A DNA stretch of 64,000 nt from a virus. Lineage: Duplodnaviria > Caudoviricetes. The translations under genes and the position numbers were made by a program. Below the pieces are notes generated by a model. That model had not been told where the DNA came from and ran no database searches. It saw only the letters and a program-made list of their open reading frames with translations. The first letter of the stretch is position 1, and each line of letters opens with the position of its first letter. Location: IMG/VR virus record IMGVR_UViG_3300022660_000043, one strand, 5' to 3'. Positions 28,084 through 37,666 of the stretch are shown one piece after another.

Positions 28084-29106
28084 TTAGTGAGTATCGCGTG
28101 GCAATTTAGCCACAAGGTTCTTTATATTATACGATACCTCAATTGAAGAATTTGCAGCTTGCTGAATGCTTCTATCGAATTCTTCTTTTGAGCATTCGTT
28201 CATATCTTTTCTTCCGCGAGGTAAGGTTACCTCAGAAATAATAATATGTTTGTCTAGTTTAGATCTCAAAACTCTAGTAAATATCCGACCAGCTTCATCA
28301 TTATCAAAAGCTGTATACAGAGTTGTGATACCAGATTTATTTAACTGTTCAATTTGATAGTCAGAAATTCTACCAAAAGTAGCACAAGTCGGATAACCAT
28401 ATTCCCAACCAGTTAAAGCATCAAAAGGGCCCTCAGTAATAACTGCAGTTTTATAACCCTGTTTAACAATGTAATCAAGGCAATAAACGGGCTTTTCAGT
28501 TTCTTTATCAAGATAAAAGCTTTTTGTATCTATCGATCTTTTTGGGATCATTACTAAATTTCCTTGAAGATCATAAGTTGGGAACATAACTTGTCTATAA
28601 ATAGGATCATATTTAACCTTAAAGAGCTCACAAATATTTCTAGATAGTTTACGTTGGCCTAAATAAGGGTGCCAAGGCAGATAATTATTTAAAATACTTT
28701 CATTAAGCTTTTTGACTACTCTCTTTGGCTTTTCAATCTGAATATCATCACCCATGTGAAAAGCTGCTGCCACCATATAGCCTTCAAAATGTTTCAAAAG
28801 CCAATTCTTAGCAAACTCTTCAGAGGAGTCAAAGCAGTGAGCTACAAATTTTAAAAACGAGCCGCTTGAGCCACAGACGAAGCAATTAAAATAGCCGTAT
28901 GGAATTTTAGAGTTGGGCCCTACATAAATGTTACAAGCAGGATGAGACTCTCGTCCTCCGCCATGATCAGGACAGGTAACGACAATATTTTCAGTACCGT
29001 CCTTAATGTCTCTTAATTTACCGTTAGTTAAAGCAATTCTAAGATGTTGCAACACATCCATTACTGATGCCTTAATAACATAATTGTCAATTAAAAGTTC
29101 TCTCAA
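28084..29106 (-). CDS. dnaG: DNA primase (Zn finger plus TOPRIM)
   Basis: CPDH...CFVC, ITEGPFDA, FDNDEAG, KDMNE. Confidence 0.88.
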   Translation of the reverse strand: MRELLIDNYVIKASVMDVLQHLRIALTNGKLRDIKDGTENIVVTCPDHGGGRESHPACNIYVGPNSKIPYGYFNCFVCGSSGSFLKFVAHCFDSSEEFAKNWLLKHFEGYMVAAAFHMGDDIQIEKPKRVVKKLNESILNNYLPWHPYLGQRKLSRNICELFKVKYDPIYRQVMFPTYDLQGNLVMIPKRSIDTKSFYLDKETEKPVYCLDYIVKQGYKTAVITEGPFDALTGWEYGYPTCATFGRISDYQIEQLNKSGITTLYTAFDNDEAGRIFTRVLRSKLDKHIIISEVTLPRGRKDMNECSKEEFDRSIQQAANSSIEVSYNIKNLVAKLPRDTH

Positions 29107-30413
29107 TTAGCTCCACCTTCCTCATATTCGCCCTCATAGTAATTCTTAAGGTCTTCAGACTCTTCAGCACTAAGATTAGGATCGAGGAAAATAAAGTTAC
29201 CAAAATTAAAATCAGCCTTGTAAATCAGCTTGCCAGCACCACCGTCTCTGGACTTAACGATATTAATAATAAGTCTATCATCTGCAATCTGTCGTTTCTC
29301 TGGATCCTTAAAGGTAAGATCACGACTAAGCATTAAGATAGTTGTTGCGTCTTGACCAATACGGTCTGAAAGTCCAATCTGTGTAGTATCCTGTTCTCCA
29401 TCCTCATTTTTAGATCTATTCATCTGAGAAACGGAAATGATCGGGATACGAGACATGACCTGAAGATTTTTAACATCCTTAGAAATATTAGCTACTCTTT
29501 CATGAGCTACTTTTGCATGATGCTGATCTTCAAGCAAAGAATACTGGTCGATCAGGAGGATATTAAGCTTTTCTTTCTCTACAAAAGTTCTAAGGGCTCC
29601 GACAGTTGCTGGACCATTAATATCATTAGGAGTAAGAATCTTGATAGTTCCAGGACAGGTAGTCTTAATAGAATCAAGATACATCTTATATCTTACAGGC
29701 ACTGAACGATCGAAGTTATTACCTCTGGTAATTGCAGAGTTATCAATATGACCAAGAAGAGTATCCACACGGTAACCAACTTTATCTGGTGACATCTCAC
29801 CAGAGTAAATACCGACGATCAAACCTTGCTTAGCAGCTTCAACTGCAATTTTAAGCAAAGTCCAAGTCTTACCTTGGCCTGTACGTGCGGCAATAACCAT
29901 ATTCTCTTCTTTCATATCAATACCGCCGATAATCTTATCAAGCTCTGGAAAACCAGTACTGATGTAGTGATTCTTATGATTTTCAAGTCGATCCATATAA
30001 CGATCATATCTTGATGTATCAGAAAAAATATCAGTACAAGTCATAGCTGAACCTGTATGAAGGTCCTGTGCTGCTTGCGTCAGAAAAGCAGCTGCGCCAT
30101 CGACATCATCTCTCTCAATAAGCTGCTTAATTGTATTAAACTTAGAAGCAAGATAAGACTTATTATAATCAGCAAAAAGCTGTTCAATAAGATAGCTGTC
30201 AGGCTCAGTTACATCTACGATATCGAATTCAGTGAAAGTATCTACAAAAGTTAGTCTATCAGGAACTGTCTTATAGTGACTATAGTGCTCACAAATATAC
30301 TTAAACTCGGATCTATAATTAAAGAAATGATCTTCAGTTAAGTTATTAAAAGAAATTAAAGAATAATCCTTAGTCTGAAGAATTTTATTAATAATCTGAA
30401 ACTGTGAAGTCAT
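29103..30413 (-). CDS. dnaB: DnaB-like replicative helicase
   Basis: STGFPELD, ARTGQGKT, SGEM, IDQY, SQMNR, SDRIGQDA, KSRDG. Confidence 0.92.
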   Translation of the reverse strand: MTSQFQIINKILQTKDYSLISFNNLTEDHFFNYRSEFKYICEHYSHYKTVPDRLTFVDTFTEFDIVDVTEPDSYLIEQLFADYNKSYLASKFNTIKQLIERDDVDGAAAFLTQAAQDLHTGSAMTCTDIFSDTSRYDRYMDRLENHKNHYISTGFPELDKIIGGIDMKEENMVIAARTGQGKTWTLLKIAVEAAKQGLIVGIYSGEMSPDKVGYRVDTLLGHIDNSAITRGNNFDRSVPVRYKMYLDSIKTTCPGTIKILTPNDINGPATVGALRTFVEKEKLNILLIDQYSLLEDQHHAKVAHERVANISKDVKNLQVMSRIPIISVSQMNRSKNEDGEQDTTQIGLSDRIGQDATTILMLSRDLTFKDPEKRQIADDRLIINIVKSRDGGAGKLIYKADFNFGNFIFLDPNLSAEESEDLKNYYEGEYEEGGAN

Positions 30414-30424
30414 TAGGCACCTCC

Positions 30425-31099
30425 TTAATTAAACAATCCGAGAGCTCTTTTATCTGAGCCTCTAAGCTCGATATCAATAGACTTGTTACAAATACGGCTT
30501 GCAAGTCTTTCTCCTAAAGCATTACTAAGTTCTCTAGGTCCAAGATTTGAAGTAAAAATATTACTCTTGCCCGCATCAATCCGATAATTGATAAGACTGA
30601 GCAAGTGGTTAAGTTCAAACTCAGAACCAGATTTTGCAGCAATATCATCCCAAACGACAATATCCGCCTCTCTTACATGCTGATTTATAAAGTCTGCATA
30701 GTCGCTATGGCCAGAAATATTTTCCTTCAAAGCGAGCAGATATCGAGGAACATTAATAAACAACGCTTGACAACCAAGATTTGACTTATGCCATATCTTA
30801 TAAATATAAGTAGTAATAAGTCTAATAGCCCAACTAGTCTTTCCATTACCACACCCATAAGAATGAAGGTACAAATTATAGCCGTCAGTCACAAAGCCCT
30901 CAATTTGTCTCTCAATTTCGGCAAGTCTACGGAATTCGTTTGAGTCCGTACCGTCTGCATCTGTTTTGAGAGCTACATGCTGTCTCTGTTTGCCTGTCAA
31001 AAGCGAGTTATTAAATAGAGTATCTAGACGGTACTGCTTGGGACAAAAGTCTTTATCACAGTCACGTCCATTACAATTATTTCGATAAATACATTCCAT
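30425..31099 (-). CDS. DnaC/IstB-like AAA+ helicase loader
   Basis: GCGNGKT, VWDDI, FTSNL, RLASRI, GSDKR; N-terminal Cys cluster. Confidence 0.82.
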   Translation of the reverse strand: MECIYRNNCNGRDCDKDFCPKQYRLDTLFNNSLLTGKQRQHVALKTDADGTDSNEFRRLAEIERQIEGFVTDGYNLYLHSYGCGNGKTSWAIRLITTYIYKIWHKSNLGCQALFINVPRYLLALKENISGHSDYADFINQHVREADIVVWDDIAAKSGSEFELNHLLSLINYRIDAGKSNIFTSNLGPRELSNALGERLASRICNKSIDIELRGSDKRALGLFN

Positions 31100-31120
31100 A
31101 GTTACACCTCCGAGCTTTTC

Positions 31121-31675
31121 TTACTTTGTGCCGGTACTTCCTTGCCAGCCTTCACCTCTACTGGTCTTCTCCGTGAAAAACTCTTCCTCGGTTGCCTCTA
31201 CCATTTCGATCTTGTCAGTAGAAATCATATGAGGAATAAACTGCATGATCTTCTGATCACACTCGATCTCCTGATACTTGTTAGAAGTATTGATCAAATG
31301 AAGATGCCACTCACCTTGATAGCTTGCATCAATAACAGAAGCTCCAAAAACTAGCTTCTTCTTAGTTGCAATACCAGACTTGTTGTTAGCAATCAAAGCA
31401 AGCTCGGGGCCAAACTTGCTCTTAATGCCAGAAGGAATAATAATATCCTTATGCGGCGCAATATAAATCTTGCCTCCACAGGTAATAAAAGTCTTTCTAC
31501 GAAGCTTTGCCAAAAATTTAGCAAAAGCTCTATAAGGGGTAGCAATACCGGGATTCTTAGTAATCAAATCGAATCTAAACTTGAGACTATAAGCAGGAAT
31601 ATAGAAATCAATACCTGCATTCTCATTAGGATTACGGATAGGATCCTTTACATCTCTTATCTTAATAAACTGCAT
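31121..31675 (-). CDS. dut: Trimeric dUTPase
   Basis: AGIDF, KSG, VIDASYQGE, RGEGWQGSTG. Confidence 0.9.
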   Translation of the reverse strand: MQFIKIRDVKDPIRNPNENAGIDFYIPAYSLKFRFDLITKNPGIATPYRAFAKFLAKLRRKTFITCGGKIYIAPHKDIIIPSGIKSKFGPELALIANNKSGIATKKKLVFGASVIDASYQGEWHLHLINTSNKYQEIECDQKIMQFIPHMISTDKIEMVEATEEEFFTEKTSRGEGWQGSTGTK

Positions 31676-31744
31676 ATCAATCTTCCTTTCAAAATATATT
31701 CATTTTATTATACAATACCTATTTTGGAAAATTGAATACAAATA

Positions 31745-31774
31745 GAAAAAGTCGCCTGAAAAATATCAGACGAC
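31745..31774 (-). terminator. Rho-independent terminator
   Basis: Minus strand gtcgtctga-tattt-ttcaggcgac-ttttt. Confidence 0.75.
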
Positions 31775-31796
31775 AGTTAATCTACATATTAAATTT

Positions 31797-31871
31797 ATAA
31801 GGTATCTTATAAGGTATCTTAAAATTATGTATCGTAAATTAACTATCTTTTCTGGTATCTTTTTCGTATCG
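31797..31871. repeat. Six spaced GTATC/CTATC repeats, including tandem ataaggtatctt x2
   Basis: Cores at 31802, 31814, 31829, 31843, 31855, 31866. Confidence 0.75.
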
Positions 31872-32000
31872 TCGGCTTGCTGCCTACATTAAATTTAGCA
31901 GATAATATAGGCAACAATTTTTAAAATTTATTATAGTATACAATATAACTTATTGAATAATCAGTGCATTCCTAATTTTTTCATGACACTATAATACAAT

Positions 32001-32031
32001 AAAAGACGAGCTATTTTACTAACTCGTCTTT
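32001..32031 (-). terminator. Rho-independent terminator
   Basis: aaagacgag...ctcgtcttt hairpin. Confidence 0.7.
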
Positions 32032-32087
32032 AGGTTTATTTAATTGTAGAGTTTCCACTTGCTATTGTCCCAGAAAGTTACATAGTA

Positions 32088-32812
32088 TTAAAAGTCTTGA
32101 TTAAAAATGTTTTCGTCGTCGAGAGCTTCACCAAAGAAAGTTTTTCTAAGTTTGTTTAGTTTATCAGAAGCTTTTCTATAGTCTTTACCTTTTTTATTTT
32201 TAGCTGTTACGGTAAGATCGTCCACAGGTAAGCCTACTTCCTTAAAAGCTTTGATAATCTTAAGATTATTCTGCCTTGCTCTGTTTAACTTAGCATTTTA
32301 GGTTCAGCACTTTGTGTGTCAGTCTGTTGAGTAGCTTCTGGCTTTATATTAGCTTCTTCTGAGCTAAATCTTAAGGTAGATATGTCTATATCGCTATATT
32401 TTTCATAGCCTTTTAATGCATCTCTTAATTCTTCTACCGTCCAGGCAGAGGGCTGATCTATTAAGTATCTATCTAAAGCACTGTCTCCCTGCTCAACGCG
32501 AAAAACAATATCTTCTATTTTATTTAAAATGCTCATAGCTTCATCAAATGGCGCGTTGATGATCAGATCCTGTGGATTTATTGATGCTATTTGCTTAGAC
32601 ACATTAAAACAAACTTTAAACCCCTCAATTAAACTTTTTAGTATCTCTTGAATTTTTACATAATTTGGGTTATCTAACACATCTGCGGCTTTGTCTAATT
32701 TAGGCTTTAATACCTTAATTCTTGGTACTAAATTCTTTTCAAAATTACCGTGTACATCTTCATTTAAGGCGCCGAGTTCTTCATATAAATTCATAAATCC
32801 TGTTTTAATCAT
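32088..32812 (-). CDS. Hypothetical protein, frameshifted near 32296-32299
   Basis: ORF 32285-32812 continues in the -1 frame for about 69 codons (NAKLNRARQNNLKIIKAF...FNQDF). Confidence 0.65.
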
Positions 32813-32846
32813 AATAATCCTCAGTATTATTAATCATTAGATTATT

Positions 32847-33530
32847 TTACGTATTAGTCATATAAAGTCTTTTAATTAAAGGCTTTAAAGCAAAATAGGT
32901 ATCAGATGTTTCAAACAGCTGAAAACCTGTCTTTACTCCACCATCACCATTTTTGTAGGCAATATACTCTCTTGAATAAAAATTATAAAGAGCTACTTCA
33001 AAAGTACCACAATCAGCTACTAGCATATGTCTCTTACCGTCTCGAACAAAAGTCTTACACTCGCCTGTCTCAGGATCTATAACATCATACACTTGACCTT
33101 TTATAGTGTCATATGTAGCATCTTCCTCAGCCTCAAATTCTGCCTGCCATGCAAGATCCTCTTCGTCCCAGTCCTTGCCTTCAAAGTTATCGTTATCAAA
33201 ATCGGCTAACTTAGGAAACCCACAGGTAGACCATTCAAAATCTTCTGTGCCATCGATTAAATAGTTATCTGCTGCAATGTCTACAATATTATCATGATTA
33301 AGGTCTGAGGCTCTTGCTGCAAGATATATACCATCAGCAATACTTAAGCGCAAACCTTTAATGCCAGCGCTTGCTGCATTTTGTAAAAAAGCTCTAAATT
33401 CTGAAACCGAAGTAGAGTGCCAAAGCTTTTTAGGTCCCCAGCCACTGTCAAAAGTTTCCCATTTTTCAGTGAGAGCTTTATCAGGTTTCCATAAATTTTC
33501 CCACAATTTAAATTCTTCATATAATTTCAT
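32847..33530 (-). CDS. Hypothetical acidic protein
   Basis: ORF with AAGGA RBS in the lipase operon. Confidence 0.7.
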   Translation of the reverse strand: MKLYEEFKLWENLWKPDKALTEKWETFDSGWGPKKLWHSTSVSEFRAFLQNAASAGIKGLRLSIADGIYLAARASDLNHDNIVDIAADNYLIDGTEDFEWSTCGFPKLADFDNDNFEGKDWDEEDLAWQAEFEAEEDATYDTIKGQVYDVIDPETGECKTFVRDGKRHMLVADCGTFEVALYNFYSREYIAYKNGDGGVKTGFQLFETSDTYFALKPLIKRLYMTNT

Positions 33531-33561
33531 AAAAAGTCATCCTTTATTAAATAATGATTTT

Positions 33562-34278
33562 TTATTCATAGTCTTTATACTGACCTTGGACGTCATATTG
33601 AGTATGGTAAATCATTGGTCTGAAAAGCTTAATAATGCAAAACTTTTCTGGTCTGACCTTGCAATGATTAATTGCTTTCCAGCCAAAGAAAGGAACCATA
33701 TACCCAACGATATCACAGTGATCGTAGAAGTTATAAGCTTCAGCGCAGCAGCTCTTGACGAAGTTGTATGTATCTTTTCCGTAGAAAGGCTTGACACTTC
33801 CGTAGGTATAAAGATATGGCTTAATACCAAACTTAAAATAAATATCCTCTGCAGCAAGCTGGGCCATACCAGATCCGAGAGACCAGCCAAAAACTTCAAC
33901 AAAACAATCAGGATGTTCATCTAGTAAAGCTTTAATCTTTTGTCTCACAGTTGATTGACAAACAAGCCACATATTACCCCAGCCTCTATGTACTTTAAGC
34001 TGAATTAACTTTCCCTCAAAAGTGAACTTATCATAGATTTTGGATGGGAAGTTAAAATTAACTCGCCAATCAGACTTACTAGATGTTTGCTCAAAAATAA
34101 CTTGAATACAACTTCTAGGCTCATCAAAACGTACTTGAAATTCTACACTGTACTTCTTACCCTTAAACTCATAAGGAATGCTCTCATATCTAGCTATTTC
34201 CAAATTAGTATCAAGCTTATTCAAGTTCTCGGAACAAATAGTAAAATAGTCTTCGAAATTTAGTCTTTTATACTCCAT
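33562..34278 (-). CDS. Class 3 lipase-like alpha/beta hydrolase
   Basis: VHRGW, nucleophile elbow GWSLG, TYGS, DIV, late His; GGAGG RBS. Confidence 0.8.
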   Translation of the reverse strand: MEYKRLNFEDYFTICSENLNKLDTNLEIARYESIPYEFKGKKYSVEFQVRFDEPRSCIQVIFEQTSSKSDWRVNFNFPSKIYDKFTFEGKLIQLKVHRGWGNMWLVCQSTVRQKIKALLDEHPDCFVEVFGWSLGSGMAQLAAEDIYFKFGIKPYLYTYGSVKPFYGKDTYNFVKSCCAEAYNFYDHCDIVGYMVPFFGWKAINHCKVRPEKFCIIKLFRPMIYHTQYDVQGQYKDYE

Positions 34279-34351
34279 AACCTACCTCCATTGCAGAGAT
34301 AAAAATAAACGCCTCTGCTTAATAATTTAGCAAATTAAACAGAGGCTATTT

Positions 34352-34537
34352 TTAATAACGCCAGGAGGTTCTTTTATTGGCTATATTTTTCTTTTGCTGC
34401 TGTAACCATTGATTGTACTCATATTGAGCTTGCCTACAGTAATACGAACTTACTTGACCATTAGACTTAGCTGCTGTGCATTCGTGACCTAAAAAATATT
34501 GACAAAAATCACATTTACTCTTTGGTCTCTGATTCAT
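34352..34537 (-). CDS. Small Cys-rich hypothetical protein
   Basis: MNQRPKSKCDFC...C...C; GAGG RBS; likely start 34537. Confidence 0.55.
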   Translation of the reverse strand: MNQRPKSKCDFCQYFLGHECTAAKSNGQVSSYYCRQAQYEYNQWLQQQKKNIANKRTSWRY

Positions 34538-34856
34538 TCTTTGCCTCAACAGTAGAATCATAATCTGCCTGAAGAAATACGTATCTTTTCGTATAACCCC
34601 CAAGCTCTTCCATCTGCTTCTCATACACCTGATTAAAAGCCTCTACTGCTTCAGCCCCAATAGCTTCAACAACTGCTTTTACCTCAGCTAGAGCTTCGAT
34701 CGAATTAGTCCTTAGAAACAGATTTACTGTTTCAACTAGCTTATCTCTGATCAAGCCATTAAAAAGATAAGTACTTTTAACTTCTGCATAATTACAAGCA
34801 TCTCCCTGCTTTTCGATATTAGCAGGAATGTTGTCTCTAATAAGTGTTCCGTTCAT
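34515..34856 (-). CDS. MazG/PRA-PH-like all-alpha NTP pyrophosphatase homologue, acidic motif eroded
   Basis: LIRDNIP..I...G, KLVE, EALAEV, GGY.KR.FL match the family pattern KLVRDKIP/KLxEE/EELAD/RGGF. Confidence 0.65.
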   Translation of the reverse strand: MNGTLIRDNIPANIEKQGDACNYAEVKSTYLFNGLIRDKLVETVNLFLRTNSIEALAEVKAVVEAIGAEAVEAFNQVYEKQMEELGGYTKRYVFLQADYDSTVEAKNESETKE

Positions 34857-35046
34857 TATTTATTCTCCTTAAGGTTTTTTATTTTATTACTTTTTAATAT
34901 ACGATTTATTTATTTTTTGTTCTGGCTAAAAGCTATTGATTTTTGTTCTAGGAATACTAGAGAGTCTATCCATAGGCTCTTACCAAGATTTCAAGAAGAA
35001 AGTCTCTAATTAATTTATACAAGTTCTATATCCCCTAGTTAATTTA

Positions 35047-35982
35047 TTATTTATTATTTCCAAATAACTCATAGTCAACAACTCCAGTTTCTAAGTCTAT
35101 TTTATTAATATGTAAAAAACATTTACCTGCTGCTAACAAATTTTTTTTAAACGCGGCCAGTAAGTCTTTAAACGTTTGAGTTGTTTCAACACCAACTTCT
35201 CCACTAACTCGATGATAAGCAATATCAGCGGTTCGATATTCAGAAGAAATTAACAATACAGCATCATGTGGATTTTGTGCTGCAATTGTTGAATTTGATT
35301 CTAATAATTTAACATCTACTCGTATTTTACAATTATCAATAATCAAATCATAATCCGCAAGACGCCCCGGATCTCCACGATAAAGATAACCATCAAACTT
35401 ATCTAACTTTTTGAAAATAATTCCACACTCTTTAGCAGCCTTCTCAAAAATATCCTGTTGAATGCTACTATTTAACTTCTTTTGAACTTTTTGCTCTGTA
35501 GAGCCCGTCCAAGTTTTTGAGCCAATTGTTGAAAGCAACTTCGCGGTTTCTGGTGAAATACTGTTCGTTTTAAGTATTGAATCGTAGACATTTTGGCAAA
35601 GAGGACTTCTCGAATCAATATATTTTTCAGCATTCTTTGTATTTTTGCCATACTCATCGAGCCATACATCAAAGGTATGTTTATTACCAGTTGCATCTAA
35701 AAATGTAAGCCATACTAGATAGCTTTTACCAAATTGGCCATAATAAGTCTGACAAATTTCAGCTTTTTTATCTACTCTAACTCTGTCACCACAAGCTAAA
35801 AACAGTTTTAATTTTTCATCCCAATCTGCCTCAGGTAAGACAGATCTATTTTCTATATTATTTGGGCACTTCCATTTTTGTGCAAGGAAATTATATCTCC
35901 AAGGTTCAATACTTAGTTCTACCCAATGGTTTTGTAACGGCTCAATATAGTCTGTTACTAAAGAATCTGTAAAATGTTGCAT
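35047..35982 (-). CDS. Hypothetical protein, possible PD-(D/E)xK nuclease domain
   Basis: LADYDLII....RVDVK motif in the C-terminal half. Confidence 0.45.
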   Translation of the reverse strand: MQHFTDSLVTDYIEPLQNHWVELSIEPWRYNFLAQKWKCPNNIENRSVLPEADWDEKLKLFLACGDRVRVDKKAEICQTYYGQFGKSYLVWLTFLDATGNKHTFDVWLDEYGKNTKNAEKYIDSRSPLCQNVYDSILKTNSISPETAKLLSTIGSKTWTGSTEQKVQKKLNSSIQQDIFEKAAKECGIIFKKLDKFDGYLYRGDPGRLADYDLIIDNCKIRVDVKLLESNSTIAAQNPHDAVLLISSEYRTADIAYHRVSGEVGVETTQTFKDLLAAFKKNLLAAGKCFLHINKIDLETGVVDYELFGNNK

Positions 35983-36497
35983 TATCCTTTAAGCTCCTCC
36001 AAATGAATCTTTTTGTTATAAACATGAAGTTTAGTCTTATAGCCTTCGTCCTCTACTTCAGGCAAAATTTTCCAAAGCTCTAGTTCAGAATATTCATCAA
36101 GATTAGGAAAGAAAACTTCTGCTTCGCCATCTGCGTCCACTTTGTTTACATATACCTTATCATAATAGGGAAGCATAGACTTATAAAGCATTCCACCCCC
36201 AATTATAAACACATTTTGAGTTTTAGATAACTCTGTAATTAGCTTGATTAAATCTTCAAAACTATGCACACAAAAGCAATCATCTCTATCATAGCCTTCT
36301 GGACAAATAACTATAGTAGATCTGCCTTTAAGTGGCTTACTGCTTGGAAAACTAAGTAATGTGTTCAAGCCGCAGACGACAATGCTATCAGCAGTAGTTT
36401 GTTTAAAGAATTGCATATCTTTTTTAAGATTAAAAAGTAAACTATTAGCTTTTCCGAGTCCCCAATTTTTATCTACACAGCAAATACCAATAATCAT
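35982..36497 (-). CDS. folA: Dihydrofolate reductase
   Basis: VDKNWGLG, DMQFFKQTT, KPLKGR, FIIGGG, FFP. Confidence 0.92.
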   Translation of the reverse strand: MIIGICCVDKNWGLGKANSLLFNLKKDMQFFKQTTADSIVVCGLNTLLSFPSSKPLKGRSTIVICPEGYDRDDCFCVHSFEDLIKLITELSKTQNVFIIGGGMLYKSMLPYYDKVYVNKVDADGEAEVFFPNLDEYSELELWKILPEVEDEGYKTKLHVYNKKIHLEELKG

Positions 36498-36500
36498 GTT

Positions 36501-36653
36501 TTAGCTCTCCTTCATTACTTGTTTCATATATTCTTGAAGTGCAATCCTGATTGCGCCACTAACAGTCAAATCTAACTTCTGTGATAAAGATTTAAGCTGC
36601 TCATAAAGCTCAGGACTTAAATCTAAACTAAGTCTTATACGATCTTTTTTCAT
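36501..36653 (-). CDS. Ribbon-helix-helix protein (50 aa)
   Basis: Hand-translated MKKDRIRLSLDLSPELYEQLKSLSQKLDLTVSGAIRIALQEYMKQVMKES; overlaps the endonuclease 3' end. Confidence 0.75.
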   Translation of the reverse strand: MKKDRIRLSLDLSPELYEQLKSLSQKLDLTVSGAIRIALQEYMKQVMKES

Positions 36654-37365
36654 TATTAATCCTTTCTAGCATCAAATTCAAATCTGACTCTCTACACCAA
36701 TAATAACCCTTACCATTATGTAATCTTTCACAACAATATTTTATGTATGCAGCAGTTGTACTTAAAGCTAAACCAGCCTCATGATAGCTTGAAAATATAT
36801 TAATAATATTCCCAGCACTGTTTAACTGGTAAACAGTTTTACCTGCAGTTTTGCCATTACAAAGTTTAAACTTGTACTGCTCATATTGACTAGCCAAACA
36901 CCATCCAAAGCCTCGATACTGGCGTAATTTTCCATTGCAGCAGCGTCCAATATTACTCCTAGCACTATTAAAATCTTCAGGATAAAGCTGTCTAGCCGCT
37001 TCTCTAATGCTTGAATATGTTGCAAGTATTTGTTTATCTAAGCTAAGTTGATAAACAGCTTCACCTTGGGTTGTTTGACCTGAGCCACCAATTAATAAGT
37101 TATAACCATTCTCAATACTATCAAACTGATTTATATAAGCAATTTCAAGCTCATCTGCTTCCTGTTTTGTAAGATTCTCTATTAAAACTTGATGCTCAAA
37201 ATTCTCCCAGCCATACTTAAGAATAGCTCTGTAAAATTTTTGTTGAGACTTATAGCCACTCCCATCAGAGTGCCATCTATGGGTAGGGTTAGTATAACAA
37301 GTTTGCCCAATGTAACATTTACCATTAATTTTATTCGTATGTTTATAAATTAAATAAGATTTCAT
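36628..37365 (-). CDS. GIY-YIG homing endonuclease with two NUMOD1-like repeats
   Basis: LIYKHTNKINGKCYIGQT, E..YI, GYN; VYQL...YSSIREA...I.RCC...G..W twice. Confidence 0.9.
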   Translation of the reverse strand: MKSYLIYKHTNKINGKCYIGQTCYTNPTHRWHSDGSGYKSQQKFYRAILKYGWENFEHQVLIENLTKQEADELEIAYINQFDSIENGYNLLIGGSGQTTQGEAVYQLSLDKQILATYSSIREAARQLYPEDFNSARSNIGRCCNGKLRQYRGFGWCLASQYEQYKFKLCNGKTAGKTVYQLNSAGNIINIFSSYHEAGLALSTTAAYIKYCCERLHNGKGYYWCRESDLNLMLERINNEKRSYKT

Positions 37366-37379
37366 TCAATCACCTCATT

Positions 37380-37389
37380 TAATTTAGCA
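37380..37389 (-). promoter_or_regulatory. Putative late promoter TGCTAAATTW (representative copy)
   Basis: Same motif intergenic at 927, 24976, 31891, 34323, 40391, 44881, 50246, 61518, 63982. Confidence 0.7.
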
Positions 37390-37417
37390 GATAAAATACG
37401 TAAAAATTAAGAAGTTT

Positions 37418-37663
37418 TTACGTATTTTCAAGAGTATCTCTGACGTGCTTAATAGCCGCCTTACATTTATCACAAATAAATACTCCTTGAGCTCTATAAT
37501 CATTAGAATTCATAGAAACATGTTCTTCACAAATAGCACATCTGACCATAATATCTGCAGCGACAGAATTAGCTATAATTTTATCCAAATGGTCAACACG
37601 TGAAACATGTGAAGGTGGATTAACCGTTGAAGAATTTACAGAAACATATACTTTATTGTCCAT
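37418..37663 (-). CDS. Small zinc-finger-like protein
   Basis: CAIC...CDKCKAAI. Confidence 0.6.
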   Translation of the reverse strand: MDNKVYVSVNSSTVNPPSHVSRVDHLDKIIANSVAADIMVRCAICEEHVSMNSNDYRAQGVFICDKCKAAIKHVRDTLENT

Positions 37664-37666
37664 AAT

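Noticed and set aside
31514-31523. TGCTAAATTT copy inside dut
   Set aside because: Intragenic, encodes FAKF and is far from any start; probably chance
31797-31871. CRISPR mini-array
   Set aside because: Repeat cores are 5-12 bp with 6-10 bp gaps, far too short; the Cas4-like gene is a typical stand-alone phage nuclease
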